Shown here piece after piece: positions 1 to 13,970 of a stretch of 64,000 nt of DNA (positions are counted from its first letter, which is position 1; each line of letters opens with the position of its first letter). The notes beneath the pieces were generated by a model that made no database searches, had not been told where the DNA came from, and worked only from the letters and a program-made list of their open reading frames with translations. The stretch is from Octopus vulgaris. Lineage: Eukaryota. Location: the NCBI GenBank assembly GCA_951406725.2, contig OX597823.1, positions 43,214,001 through 43,278,000 of the forward strand, in the 5' to 3' direction. The translations under genes and the position numbers were made by a program.

Positions 1-328
1 AACAGATTTATGAAAATGCAAGACCGGTTTCGACGACATTTTCGGAGGAGTGTGGTTCAATGGAAAAAAAACATGCTGAGAAATCAAAGTTTTATTCAAA
101 TTTCGATATCCAATGCTTATTTCATCTTTTAAGCATACTTTTCGAATTTTCTGTTGCATCTTCAAACTCCTCTAAAATTATTTTTATTTACTACTGAAAC
201 GCAAAAAATTGTCGTAATAAACATGTAACAAAGGTTAAAAGCTAGAGCAACTTTAAGAGTGAATTGGAATTTCAACACTCCAAAGGAACTCTGTTATATA
301 GATAGGCACACAGATTTTATGTATGTAA

Positions 329-375
<47 letters not shown>

Positions 376-461
376 CACTCTTCGTAGTACTTGTTACACT
401 CCGTAACGTTGGATTCAAACTTGAGCAGGTAGAGTGGTAAATCTAAGGACAAGCACGTTAA

Positions 462-663
462 GCAAGTCGCTATACAAAAAGTATTAAATACATTTAATAC
501 AAAAATGTACATATGTATATATATATAAAATAGAGTTGGACTCGTAAAACTCCTACTCAACCCCCTTTATTCCTGATAACATTTCCCTTCTGTGTAAATC
601 GGACTTGTTTTATATGTACATTTTTATATTAAAAGTATTTAATAGTTTTTGTATATTGACATG

Positions 664-664
<1 letters not shown>
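462..664. repeat. Imperfect inverted repeat, ~53-bp arms, ~97-bp spacer
   Basis: 462-514 (gcaagtcgctatacaaaaagtattaaatacatttaatacaaaaatgtacatat) matches the reverse complement of 612-664 with about 6 mismatches. Confidence 0.85.
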
Positions 665-745
<81 letters not shown>

Positions 746-1429
746 ATACATACATATATATATGTAGATGCATATTTCTATGTATGTATGTATGTATGGT
801 TATGCATTCAAACATACTTGTTAAAGTGAAGCAGTGTGCGATATTATATTAGATAAGTTTTACAGACAAGGGTGAAACAATACGAGATGAAATACAAAGT
901 TAACTAAATATGGGGAAAGCGCTCAACAGTTAGAGTTTTGCCTTATATTTCGATATTTTGGGAGTTATGGCACATTCCTGTGGACACGTGGAGAAGTGAA
1001 GGATGGAACAAGTCGTCGCTCAAATAAGTGGGGTAGGATATTGGCATGTCCAGACTGATGTTCTTATAACAATCAGTCTGCTTCGAGATTCACCAACGTT
1101 GGCAAAATTAAAACTTGAAACTGAACACCGAACTAGTTCGGAACAGTCTCTGCTCGATCTGCTCGTAGGAATCTGATTGTGCACTATAAGTCAGCCCTGT
1201 AATCTAGAACGAAAGCTGCATGCGTTGGAAATGAAACCGCACGTAGAAATGACAGATGCGGCGAGGTTGAATAAGCTACCAACACCAAGCGCTTCCACAA
1301 GATATTAATAAACAATAATTATTCGCCATCTTTCGCCAAATTTTAGAGCTTAAACAGCGTTGTACTCAGGAAAACCCTTAAGAAGATCCGTACTCCCCAG
1401 TTTGACATGTCTTTCAAACATGTCTACCC

Positions 1430-1865
1430 TATTTCTACTAAAGAACCACTGCTGCCAACCCTCATGCGATCTTCATGGAGGGAATTAATATTCTTATGGT
1501 GCACACCATTCTATCCCAGAGAAAACTTTTCTCTAGTAACCTTACCCAAAACAGCATCGTAGGGTGCAAACTACTTTCCACATCAACATGCTCAAAATGA
1601 GCTCTAGGACCTACTATGTATACAATGTAGTTTGCAGCAAATGTAGTACATCCGACATGGTAGCACTGTTAGAAAATTGCACATTCGTAACACATGCGCA
1701 CAAACACTTCAGTGCACAAAGCCTACAAAAGCGGAAGACCCAGGATTTCACAGTATTCTTTGGGTCACACAACGTAATAGAGGCAACCTTAGACTCATGG
1801 GAAACCTCCTTGTTAACAAACTGAGAGCAATTCTGAACAACAGAAAAGAGCACATGAAAAAATAA
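1430..1865 (+). mobile_element. Decayed Penelope-like element, GIY-YIG endonuclease remnant
   Basis: Frameshifted translation YVYNVVCSKCSTS..GSTVRKLHIR and NLRLMGNLLVNKLRAILNNRKE resembles the PLE pattern VYxxxCxxCxxxYxGxTxRxLxxR ... ExxxIxxLxPxLN. Confidence 0.6.
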
Positions 1866-1958
1866 TGGCTATTATTATCTCCAGTCTGGCCACGTACCAA
1901 CGTTTGCTATCATAATAAAAGTATATCTAATATCATATTACACAATGCTTACCCTAAC

Positions 1959-2009
<51 letters not shown>

Positions 2010-4750
2010 ATGTGAGTGCGTGCATGTGTATGTATGTGAGTATATACATACATACATCCATCCATCCATCCATCCATATATACATACATACATGCATACA
2101 TACATACGTATATATATACGTATACTCATTGTCAGACATACAGTATGATCATGCATTGTCAGACGAGTGACGATCTAAGATATATTTTTGGTACTAATAA
2201 CAGATATAACCATTAAATTCTATTGGGTTACCAATTCATATTAGTTGCCAGTTATTATTACGCAAATATTTTTGCGTGTGCTATTGTTTCTTTTGTCACA
2301 TTTATCAATGAGCATAAAGATCGAAAATTAAGTAATTTAATACATAGTAATATTTCAAAGGGACATAATCTGCTCTCTCAGCAGAATAGGTCAAGATTAA
2401 CATCATATATAAAATTATTTGGCATATGAGAAACATATGGAATACTTCGATTAATTTTCGATGAACTTAATTGTGATGAAGAGGACAAGTAAAACACGTT
2501 ACCGTTTACATAGAAGAACGGAACTTTTCAAAAACCAAGTAGTCTAGACAACGATGCAGACATATAAATTGTGGATGTCTGTATCGATTAATGCATTGGA
2601 TAACCGACGAGTTAACGCTATATCGCAAGACTATGTCATACGCTCCATCTCCGTTGTTTCAGAATAACTGATAAATGATTCATATTTACCATTGTTTATA
2701 TTTAATATAAAACTAGAGTCACAAAACATATTTAAAATACCATCAGACACTTCTGCAAAATGGATAACATCAAGCCACGAAAACTGATATGGAAAACAAT
2801 ATTGCTCATATAATAAGATATTAGAAATGGAAAACGGAGACAAGTCGTAACCAAGGGAATGTGTTTGTGTATTATTACATGTGTAGGTATAGTTATTTGT
2901 TGGATTGTTATGGCGTCTATGTTTAGGAATTTGACGTCCATTAATTAAAAACAAACAAATGTATATGAATGTACAAAAATGCAATGTAGGTGTGTGTGTG
3001 TCTAGATGTATATGTATGCATATATGTACATGTATATATATATATATGTGTGTACATGTATGTATATACACATATTACACATATATAGGAAGAGGTTGAA
3101 GTCCAAGTATTGAGTGCTTCACATACGATACTGAATACGATTCTGAATACAGAATATGTAATTTCAAAAAGGATTCACCGAACACTGCCTTCTCATAAAA
3201 CGGACGGTAATAAGTCAAAATATGATTAAAAACAGCACTTTCTGTAAACAGTTAATTTTCCTACTCATTGTAATAAGCACAACACAACATTGGAATAAAG
3301 CAGAGCAGCTCCACACAACAAAGAACGTTTTTGCTGTCAACATTTTATGATCTATCGATGAAGATAAAGATTGTACATACATACATATACGTGTGTGTGT
3401 GTGTATGTGTGTGTGCGTGTGGCTGTGTGTGTCTGTGTGCGCGCGCATGCGTCTATGTGCGTATGTATGTGTGGGTGGGGGTGCGTGTGTGTGTGTGTAT
3501 CTTTATATATAGGAAAGGAAAATACAGTATGAACAGTGATGAAAGGGAAAACTCGACTGAACGCTATTAGATAAAAATGTGTAGGAAAAGTGAATTGAGG
3601 CCGATAGGCATTGTTAGTAATAAAACAATATGAGTAAAAAGATATATAGAATTGCACATCAAAAACAGAACAATAAGCTTTGCAAACGATACGACATTTG
3701 CAACGAGAATTACACAAAATAAAGAGCGTTTTTGGTTTTATTTTTAAAGTGGTTTAAAAGTCGTAACCATTGATACCGAAAACAGGTTACATGAAAGACT
3801 TGGCTATTCTCATAAATTTCTACTGTAGTTTATACTGTGTAATATATGTTGAACATGTATACAGATGTGTTTGAAATAAAGAAGATGACTATGTACTCTA
3901 TTGACACTCATAGATTTATTATGTCTTATCTGGGGTAATTCTAAAAAGCAAGTTATTGACATTTATCTGAATTCACCCTAAACATGCAAGCCGTTTACCC
4001 ACTTATATTCAATTATTTCATCGCTGACCTTAACTCAATCACCATCTATTTTATGTTGTTCGAATATTTGAATGCTATCTAAGTATTATCATGTGTTATA
4101 CTGTAGCAGTGTTGCTGTTGTCGTTAGTAGGGTAGTGGTGACGGTTGTGTCTTACAAATAAGTTGTTGATATTATATACCACGTCACCTAAATATACTTA
4201 AGATATTCAAACATGTTGAACTTAAACATTAAAATTGTCTGATAAGTTCAATGACTTCTTAGTAGAAAAAAAAAACTAAATATTATTTTGTTAAATCTCC
4301 ATTTTGACTTCACAATAATTCATGATTCTAGAAAATTGAATTATCTAAAAATTATTCTAAAGAAAATAAATCCGAATATCGTTGGTAGCAGTAAACAATT
4401 GCTGAGAGAATATTGACATTCAGAGATTGGTGTTTAAATTCCTGCTTCAACTGAATTCAGAGACAATCTAGATGCTTATGTCAAAGGGAAGGCAGACGAA
4501 AACTATCTAGGTTTTTTGTTATATTATGGATAGGAATGATGTACCTGTGGCTTTATCATTAACTTACACGGATTCACGTTGTTTACGAAGATAAGAATAT
4601 ATACATTTTCTCAGTACACAGCGAAAAGGAAGATATATTCAGTACACACACCCACATATGCTTGTATGTATATATGAATGCATATATGTAAATATATATA
4701 TGTGTGCGTATGTATATATTTATCAATTTATTTATATGTATATATGCATG

Positions 4751-4803
<53 letters not shown>

Positions 4804-4863
4804 ATGCATGTAGTATTATGCATATTTATCTATATGTCTATCTTTATGCTATATATCTATATA

Positions 4864-6210
4864 CAGGGTCGCCCAAAAGTAGGTTTCGAGTTATTCAACA
4901 TATTTTAACAGTTTAGATCTTAATTATAAAAAAAAGCATGAAACCTTTATTCTATGCAAATTGAGTTAATTTTGTCAAGCTCCCTTTTCAGTTCGTAATT
5001 TTGTTTTGCTTACAGGTGGTGTTAAGTGTGAGCCATAGCAAACAATTTAAATCAAAAGCAAATACTAAATCAGTATTGAAAGTCTGAAAATGCCGAGCAG
5101 GTGCGCACAGCATGGCAAGAAGCCTTTCGCACTCCTCCATCTTCACGCCAAACAATTTATCGGATAAGAAATCAATTTGATACCACAGGTTTAGTGAGTA
5201 ATGCACCAAAATCTAGACGCCCAAAGACTTCTGTGACCGAAAAAAGAGATGCTAGTGGCTATGACATTTTTGAAGAGTTCAAATAAGTTCACACAACGTG
5301 CTTTTCAAGAATTATCCATGCAAAGAACATCATTGCAACGCCTAATGCATAAGCTGAAATTAAAACCTTTCCGTCCACGACTGGTACATGGTTTTTTGTA
5401 GGACGACCCAGATCTCCCGCTGGAATTCTGCGAAACAATGCGTGACCAAATTGCTAATGAGCAACCAGACTATCTAGATAAGATTATCTGGTCAGATGGT
5501 GCTTGCTTCAAATTATCCACTGATGTAAACAAGCATAATTGCGTGCACTGGGCTGATGAAAATCCCCATTTGATCATAGAATCTCAACTGAACCCAGCTG
5601 GTGTTACGGTTTGGGGCGTACTCTCAAGCGAAGATGTTATCGGACCCGTTTTTTTTTATTGAGCTGCAAATTGAAAGAACTACTTGGAAATGCTTCGTGA
5701 CGTGGTAGTATCAGAACTTGGAACCAAAGCTAGCTTTGATGAACTGTTCTTTCAGCAAGATGAAATACCTCCACATTATGCGTTGACAGTAAGAGACTAC
5801 CTTAACTAAGCCTTTCTACAGCTTTGGTTTGGAAGACGGGGCAGCATCGAATGGTCACCACGTTCACTTGACCTGACACCAATGGATTTATTTTTAGGGG
5901 TGTTGTAAAGAACAAGGCTTATGAGAAAAATCCCAAAACAGTAAATGAATTAAAAGATTACATTTCAGACGCATTCACTGAAATTGATGGAGATTGAAAT
6001 TTGTGCTGCACTCTGTTTCAGAGTGTTCTCAAGAGGTTTGAATAATGTTGCAATATTGAAGGAGGACATTTTGCACATCTGAGAGATTAAACATTGCCTG
6101 TTTAAGATGTGCATAAACAATATGATTGTAAGATAGAAATTTTAATGTAATAAAATGTTTTAAAAGAAATTTAAAGTGACTACGTGGTAACTTACTTTGG
6201 GGCCACCCTC
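4864..6210 (+). mobile_element. Full-length but inactivated Tc1/mariner transposon, DD41D (rosa/Visitor-type)
   Basis: TA-flanked TIRs cagggtcgcccaaaagtaggtt / aacttactttggggccaccctc. Transposase with stops and frameshifts: IIWSDGACF, NKHNCVHWADENPH, VTVWG, FFQQD-(41 codons)-D ending WSPRSLDLTPMD, EGGHFAHL. Confidence 0.93.
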
Positions 6211-6269
6211 TACACACACACACATACACACACGCGCACACACACATACATACACACATTTATATATAT

Positions 6270-6960
6270 GCGAAGCGCGTTCAAAAAGTAAGTGTGCGAC
6301 TATATTTTTCTCGCCAAATCTAATTTGCCGCGCATCGGCTAAACATTCGGGTGGACGGTGACGCCACTCTTTCTGCGCATGCGCAAACATTTTCGCACTG
6401 ATACGCCGCGTCAATTCACGGCTGTTATGGCTAGATTATCGACGTGTAGTACTGGTATATCTTCACCGAGCACATCGATCAGAGACATTGCAACAACTTT
6501 GTCTAAAAGTTTAGTTATACACAAGCTCAAGCCATCTAGACGATTCAGAAGGCATTTCGCGATTATGCCATGGAAAAAATGCAGATCAAGGAGTAATACA
6601 GCTGCTTGAAACATGATCGCACCTCGGTCGATAGTGTGGCGCATTGAGGCAGGCCGTCTATTAGTCGAAACGAGGAGACGATTAAGAAAGCTCGGCGAAT
6701 AGTCACGGAAGAACGGTGTTTAACAATTCAGAAAATTGCTCATCAAGTGGGAATAACAAGATTGGTTCATTACATTTTAATGGGGGATTTATGCATGCGG
6801 AGACTGTCAGCGAAATTCGTCTCCAAGTTACTGATGAGGCAACAGAAACAATTCCGTTTGGAAATCGCCCAGGACATGCTAGGCTGAACAAACTACGACC
6901 CTGAGACATGAATTAATGGTCTCTGCTCGATGAGTTCATTCCTCCTGCGTGAAAACAAAA
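6270..6960 (+). mobile_element. mariner transposon, decayed 5' half
   Basis: TIR-like cgaagcgcgttcaaaaagta after a TA run. Translation IQKAFRDYAM..QIKE*Y..RTSVDS..GRPSISR, SAKFVSKLL..QKQFRLEIAQDML, YDPET. Confidence 0.85.
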
Positions 6961-7049
6961 ATCCAAGGAGCGCCATTACACGTCAGTACGCTATCGTAAT
7001 AGCCAAGGAACAGACGCGGCCTACAGGCGCGAAAATGTATATGCGCACA

Positions 7050-7216
<167 letters not shown>

Positions 7217-7496
7217 CAAGGGAGGGACAGAAAGAACACAACAGGCGCAAATCAATAAAATTCAACACGCGGAAAAATAGACGATAACATAACAAACGGC
7301 AAACAGGATAGAAAGAGGCTACACAGATCATTCGCAGCCGATTTTCTCTTCGGTTGGTGTCCGGAAGGTCCTTGCAGTTTTGCATAGACTCTCCGGACAA
7401 CGATTGAAGAGGACAATGATTTAGGCGTGAGCGTGAGTGTGACTGTGAGTGTGTATGCATATCTCTAGATATTTAACACTCTCCCTTCTTCTCTCC

Positions 7497-7548
<52 letters not shown>

Positions 7549-7833
7549 TTATGTATGTATATATGCATAGATGGATAGGTGGATGTATATTGTTCTGTAA
7601 GGTGGCACTTTTTTACATTGGTATACAAGTGTAAGATTTACTTCTGATGGAAAAGTGTGTGTATCACGATTTGGCGATATTATATCTGAACCTATTCCCC
7701 AGTCTCTTTTCTCATGCATTCTGTGATCTTTCTAACAATGGACAACAAAGAAGAGACATTTGGATACCAGTGCATGAGTTCCTTGTGTAATTTTTTCCTT
7801 CGATGAACATTGAATTCTGGAGAAAATACCATG

Positions 7834-7937
<104 letters not shown>

Positions 7938-8714
7938 CCTCATGTAACATAAATGACACTACAGACACGCGCGCACACACACACGCTCACGGGTATATAC
8001 ACATGGTAAATATAACCAAGTTCTCAGTTTCCATTACATTCTTTATAGTTACCCGCATGGACCATCTCAAATAGATCAAACTATGTAGATTCAGCCAGTA
8101 TCTACATTGTCCTTCAACTTGCTAGATCTAATAACTAAATGCCTTTAAATCTTAGAAAGGACTAATAAATTTTATAATATTTTCCTACAAGTATATTTTC
8201 CTACTAGTATAAAACGTGTAGCTGGCTAAGTCTCTCCGACCCTGCCTTATTTGGACCTTAACAAAAATAACATATATATTCATTAAGCAGGTAAGATGCA
8301 CCAACCAATTCTGAGCGGTGGATCTTCAAATCGCTGTAGTACAAAAATCGCTTTAATAATTGAGAAAATACTATAATTTCACTTTATTGCAGTCTTTTAC
8401 TCTAAAGAGAGAAAGATAATGATAAAGGGGAGATAATCATTTCTTCATAGTATTTAGAAGGATTAGAAATTTGAATTTGTAATTAAGAAATAAGGAAAAA
8501 CAGTCATAAAAAACGTTTAATTTTCTTTTTCTTTTTCTCCTACATACTTATTACAATATATACTCAAATTTTTAGCATGTGGTAATAATATATTTCACTA
8601 CTTAAAACGTTTTAGAAATCATCAGAACGGTGCAACTTGAGCTAATATTTTCATATTAATTTTAAATATGTGAATTGAAATAGCAAGAATATGACTACCG
8701 GAAGAAGAATCCTG

Positions 8715-8859
8715 CACCAACAACCGATTGGTACCTATTGTAGCTGAGTAGACAGAGGAAGTGGGAAATGAAGTGACTTGCTCAAGGACACAACGAGGCA
8801 CTTGGGCCAGAAATTGACCTCACGCTATTCTCAGCTGAACACTTTCATCACTGAGACAC
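8715..8859 (-). mobile_element. Decayed tRNA-derived SINE (family with tgtgtccttgagcaag core)
   Basis: gaaatgaagtgacttgctcaaggacacaacg is the reverse complement of the core in the 63387 copy. Confidence 0.65.
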
Positions 8860-9015
8860 ATATATTCATTAAGCAGGTAAAATGCACAATTTAATCAAAT
8901 TTATTTCAATAAATAATTTTAAGCAAACAAAAAAAACAAAGCCACACCATAAAATCTTATTAATAAGATGATAGATCAACATGCATAAATACACACACAC
9001 ACACACACACATATA

Positions 9016-9055
<40 letters not shown>

Positions 9056-10649
9056 AGGAAAACATGTCGAAAAAAACATTGGCACAAATTGATTTATGTT
9101 AGCCTTATGGAAACAGGTTCTTTTTTGTTCAAGATGCCCGGGAGAACAATTTTAGAAACATATCAGAACAATAAATTTTGATAATATTGTATGAATAAAA
9201 ATAAAAGCCAAGTGTCGAATAGAGCGAGTAATATGAGACGATAAAACCAGCGAGAGTGAATGTGTAAAAGACAGTATAGAGGAAGGGAATCAGAGAAAAG
9301 GGGAGAGAAGGAGAGAGAGAGTGGAATGGAATATAGTAGTAGGGAGGGAGATAGAGGTGAGATGAGAGGAAGATGCTATGAAAGGAGAGGGAGGTGAGAA
9401 AAGTGTGCGATCGATATGCACAAAATTGATAACATAAAAAAAGTGATACTGATTCTTTTTTAAATAAGTTGATATATGTGTGATTGGAACATATCTAACT
9501 CAGGGAATTTCTGCAAGAAAAAAAACCTACGGCGTAGAAGTATTAATTTTATTTTTGTTAACATTTATTTCTGTTTTGTTCTAATTCTATTTATTTATCT
9601 ATTTTTTGTCAATAGGAATAAAATCAGATTTTGAATGTTTGCTGTATCGACTCTGTATAACTAGTTTATAATTTATAAACCCGTCAGATATAAAGATTGA
9701 AGACGACTCCTTTGCGGTTTGAACTCAGAAACTTAAGAAATAAAACGAAAATATTGCAAGCAGAATCATGAGAAATATCTAGTTCGGTTCTCCACGGTCT
9801 AAGTTCAAATCACATCGACGACGTCAACTTTGCTTTTCGCCCATCCGAGGTGGATACAAGGAAGTATCATGTAAGTATTTGGTTGGTATAATTGACAACA
9901 TGCTGCGTGGGTCTGGACAAGTTATTCTGAGCAACACTGGCAGTTACCCATATATCACAAATTCCCTCTCCATACCGCTTGCTATGTTTGTTCAAACACG
10001 AATCTAAAACAGACTGGCACCAGTTTTGTCGCAGACGTTGCTGTCAGGTCTTAGAGAACCGCAACAGATAAAGCAAGACATCTCCTCCAATCCTCTAACT
10101 TCTTCTTCTTCCATTCCACAACCTTGGGGTAGTACTTTATTATCGATCCTGAAGGAATATATGGCAAAGTATCTTCGTGTTTTGAACTCAGACCGCTTTT
10201 AACCTACCGTTCAATCAAATTATGTTGCTTTACTCTAATCTGCCTCTTTCTCTCTTTCTCTCTCAATCTCTCTGTCTCTCTTTCACATATATATGCACAG
10301 AGGGACAGCATGAAAAGAAGAAATGGAACAACACTCCCCACAAGACAGGATAAGCCATATCTCCACTTTTTGTCTTATTTTCAGTTCAAATGTTATCACA
10401 AAAGGACGAAGAAATTAAAGGGCTACTAAAAAACTGAAGGAATCATTAGAGCCTTGACAAAAAAAAACGTGTTGCTGTGTTTGTTACCTCTCTTTACATC
10501 CTGATTTCAAATTCCACTGATGTCAACTTTGACTTTTATAATATTGGGGTCGATAAAATATATTACCAATCAAGTACTTGGAAAGCTGTTGTCGGCTAAT
10601 CCCTCCTCATGAAAACTGCCGGAATTTTCCTAAATCCCAAACCGCTAAA

Positions 10650-10830
10650 TTTAGTGACCTGGCAGAATTGGTAAAGTGTCAGAAAATTGCTTGGGGGTAA
10701 TACTTCCAGCTGTTTACGTTCTCAGTTCAAGTCGAGGACAATATTGCCTTTCATCCGCTAGGGGCCGGTAAGATAATGTACCAGTCAAAAAATTATTGTT
10801 GGTGGTATCGACTAAACCGTTTTCAAAATT
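10650..10830 (+). mobile_element. tRNA-derived SINE, decayed (ggcggcgagctggcagaa..tctgagttcaaattcc family); further decayed copies at 9770-10640
   Basis: gacctggcagaattggt...tttacgttctcagttcaag...ttgcctttcatcc, similar to 19619-19815. Confidence 0.7.
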
Positions 10831-10854
10831 GTTGACCACTATCATCAACATCAT

Positions 10855-11100
10855 CCGTCTCGAGTTATAGGACTAATTCGGACGGTTAGCCGGATTCAAG
10901 GGCGCATAAGTGGCCAGATCACAGCATTCCGCTAAAAGTGATGTCAATCCGTCGCAAGATTACTCATTGACAACTGAGTGGGTTGGAACAACGCTAAATG
11001 CTGTGTTTCACTCAGGAACACATCGCAATACCTGTGTGGGAATCGTAATCACGACCTTGCAATTGTGTATGCAACCTCCTATCCACTCGGTTACGCTCCT
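10855..11100 (-). mobile_element. Decayed tRNA-derived SINE
   Basis: Reverse strand has an A-box-like gcgtaaccgagtggatagg, B-box-like gattacgattccc and core tgtgttcctgagtgaaacac. Confidence 0.6.
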
Positions 11101-11887
11101 TCAGCTTTGTTTATTGTACTACATCTAAAATTCTGCCTTCTTCAGCCATCCTGTTACATACGACTTTTGATTTCCCGTACCCACTCTGTTTATAGATTCA
11201 CATGAATGAACAATGAAATATGCAAGGAGCTGTAAGAGCATTATAAAACCTTGCGTTTTCTAGTTGAAGCACAAATTCCTGGAGAAATAATGCAATTTTT
11301 GGTTTTTGGTTTTATTTAAACGGTTTTTCTCTCTTTACTTTTTTTTTCTTTCTCATCCCATTCTTCATGTTTTCACATCATGTTTGATGTGTTGTTGACA
11401 CGAGAGCAGGATCTGTGCAAAATATTTGGAATATTTTGCTCATGAAACAAAACAAAAAAGTCAAAAATACGGAAAATATTGCCAGGATTCGGAAATTGAT
11501 AGAACAAAAGTTCAAAGCGTCTTCCAAATGGCGTTAGCAGCAGATTACCAACATATTTTAAGCAAAACAAAACAAAATAATTTGTAATTTATTTTTACTT
11601 ACATTGCTGGGGAGGTAAAAAAAAACAAAAAAACAAAGAAACATTTGTATGGAGTAAAATACATTAAAGGAAATAAGTCCTTATACAACAACTTCAGGTA
11701 GTTTGCTAAAATAACTCGATAGAAATACAAAAGTTTTCGGATCAAAGAAGAGTGGAATTGTCGTGGTGGTTAGATTGATGAGCAATTAAGTTAGTTTATG
11801 ACAGATGTGTGTGACCTTTGAATTTGAAACATCATACTCAGCGCTCTGAAAGGTATTGATGTCTCATAGATGAAGGTACAAATGCCT

Positions 11888-11960
<73 letters not shown>

Positions 11961-12270
11961 AATTTATATCTTCAATATCAAAGGTATTAATAATATAAGC
12001 AAACACGCATTGTTCCAGGCTCGTAGTCTCGACAACGTATGGAGGGCGATATATATACTGCTGTATGGAGTAACTGTAAAGGTAATACATGTTCCTACTA
12101 TCGCCGTATAGTCACAGATTTTGACTATTTGGCTGTTACATTTTATCGGCCTTGAAATGACAAACAGCAAAACCTTATCTCTTAAAATGAGCTCAAGCTG
12201 GAAATATTTAGGACAAAATCTTTTAGCCCACTGCTCTGTCGATATGTCATTATAATATGTGTGTGTATGC

Positions 12271-12324
<54 letters not shown>

Positions 12325-12329
12325 ACACG

Positions 12330-12730
12330 AATATTGGCAAAGGACCTGCAGTTTTAAGAAGAAGAGTAAGTACCTGATTGGTGCTTTAGTTTATCGTGCA
12401 AGGAAGGTCAAATGACAAAGTATACCTCGGCGGAATTTGAACCCAAAACGTAAAGTAACAGAAGATATACAATTAAGCAATTTCTCTGGCACGGTATCGA
12501 TTCTCCGAGTTCGCAACCTTACTCGTACACAAAATAATTTTTTCTACTATAGGTACAATTACTGAAATTTGGGGGAAGGAAGCTAGTTGAATACGTCGAT
12601 CCCATCGCTCAAATCGTAATAATTTCAACGGCACCGAAAGGATGAAAGGCAAAGTCAACCATGTCGGAATTTGAATTCAGAAAGTAAATTCGGAAGAAAC
12701 GCTGCAAACTATACTCTCACCCCGCCGCCT
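12330..12730 (-). mobile_element. Two tandem decayed SINE copies (19619 family)
   Basis: Repeated ctcggcggaatttgaacccaaaacgtaaag / gaaaggatgaaaggcaaagtcaacc, ending cccgccgcct. Confidence 0.75.
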
Positions 12731-13170
12731 TATTTGCATACGTAATAATACACATCAGGTTCTCTGTATTTGATCTATGTTTCTTGAATGCTTTACACAG
12801 AATTTTAAACTTGAAGATACCCGCCATAGCTTTATTTAGTTTATCGATTAACTAACTCATATCCCACAATCCAATTATATCAATAGTTTCCTGTAATCAC
12901 TCTGCAGCTGTTAAAATGCAGCCATAATATAATGAAAGATACACGTGAATAGAATCTGTCTTATTTACATGATCCAATGAAAGCTTTATTTCGTTAGTAT
13001 TGTTTTACAAGTGAAGTCACAGACGAATAGCAGTAAAGTTCTCGACAAACTGAATTGGCCGACCGATTCTCTTTCTGATTGGATTAGCCTTAAATCTTGG
13101 ATCAATGTTTATTGGCTTCTTTCAGCAAAACATCCAGATTTAGTACATATTTAATAATCTTTGAATTTTC
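12730..13170 (-). mobile_element. Possible highly decayed LINE reverse-transcriptase fragment
   Basis: Reverse-frame pieces KPINI, DHVN..ILF and VITGNY*YNWIVGY.LVNR loosely resemble RPISL / KAFDxV / GITGxxxNWIxxYLxNR. A paralogous segment lies at 14306-14590. Confidence 0.3.
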
Positions 13171-13769
13171 TGCGGTAAAATTCATGTTCGATTGCTCCTC
13201 TCTCTCTCTCTCTCACTCTCTGACTAATTATGGATAACCATTGTGCATCATTGTCACCATTCCCATCTAACATATCTAATCACCAAAAGGTTCCATTCTT
13301 ATTTATGGATTTATTGCTTTAACGATCGTTCTGGCAGCTCATAAAAACTGACGTTAGGATATCAAAGCATTTTATCAATGATTACTAAACCAAATAAATA
13401 ACTGATTGTGGTGTTCCAGCATGACCACGCTCAACTGGTTGGAACCAGTAAAAGAATAAAGCAAGAATAAAAGAATTATTTATTGATTTCTTTATGCTGG
13501 AGGAATAAACTATTTAAATGCTAATGTTTTGGCACGGTCATATTGAGCATGATTTAACCGTCGCCAATCACACTTCAGATAGAAGATTGAATTAGTTCCC
13601 TGCAAACGAAGACAGACGGATATGTTGACAAATATAAGTTTTGTGTGTGTGTGTATTATTTTTTCTGGAGCTTTATAGGAGTCATAAGGTCGGTTTCTTA
13701 GTTTTCATAGCGTTAAAATGACTGAGATCGCAACATTCCCCCAGAACGTCAGACAACTGTAAGGTTAAG

Positions 13770-13970
13770 GCTATTAAATTTCAATGGGAGAGGACGCGTT
13801 GATTATATTGACACCATTGCTTCACTAGTACTTTATTTTATCGACCACGAAGGGGTGAATGACAAACTTGATCTCTGCATGACTTGAGCTCAGAACTTAA
13901 ACATCCGATTGAAACGCCGCTAAGCATTTTATTCGACATGCTAACCAAGCTACCAGCTCGCAGGCTTGAC
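13770..13970 (-). mobile_element. tRNA-derived SINE, decayed (19619 family)
   Basis: gtactttattttatcgacc...gagctcagaac...cgctaagcatt...gctaacc..taccagctcgc. Confidence 0.75.

Noticed and set aside
18-170. Minus-strand CGAAACCGGTC resembling a hammerhead 3' half
   Set aside because: The 5' core and stem I are not convincingly present.
6826-6855. CTGATGAGGCAACAGAAAC hammerhead look-alike
   Set aside because: It lies within mariner transposase coding sequence (KLLMRQQKQF) and has no stems I or III.
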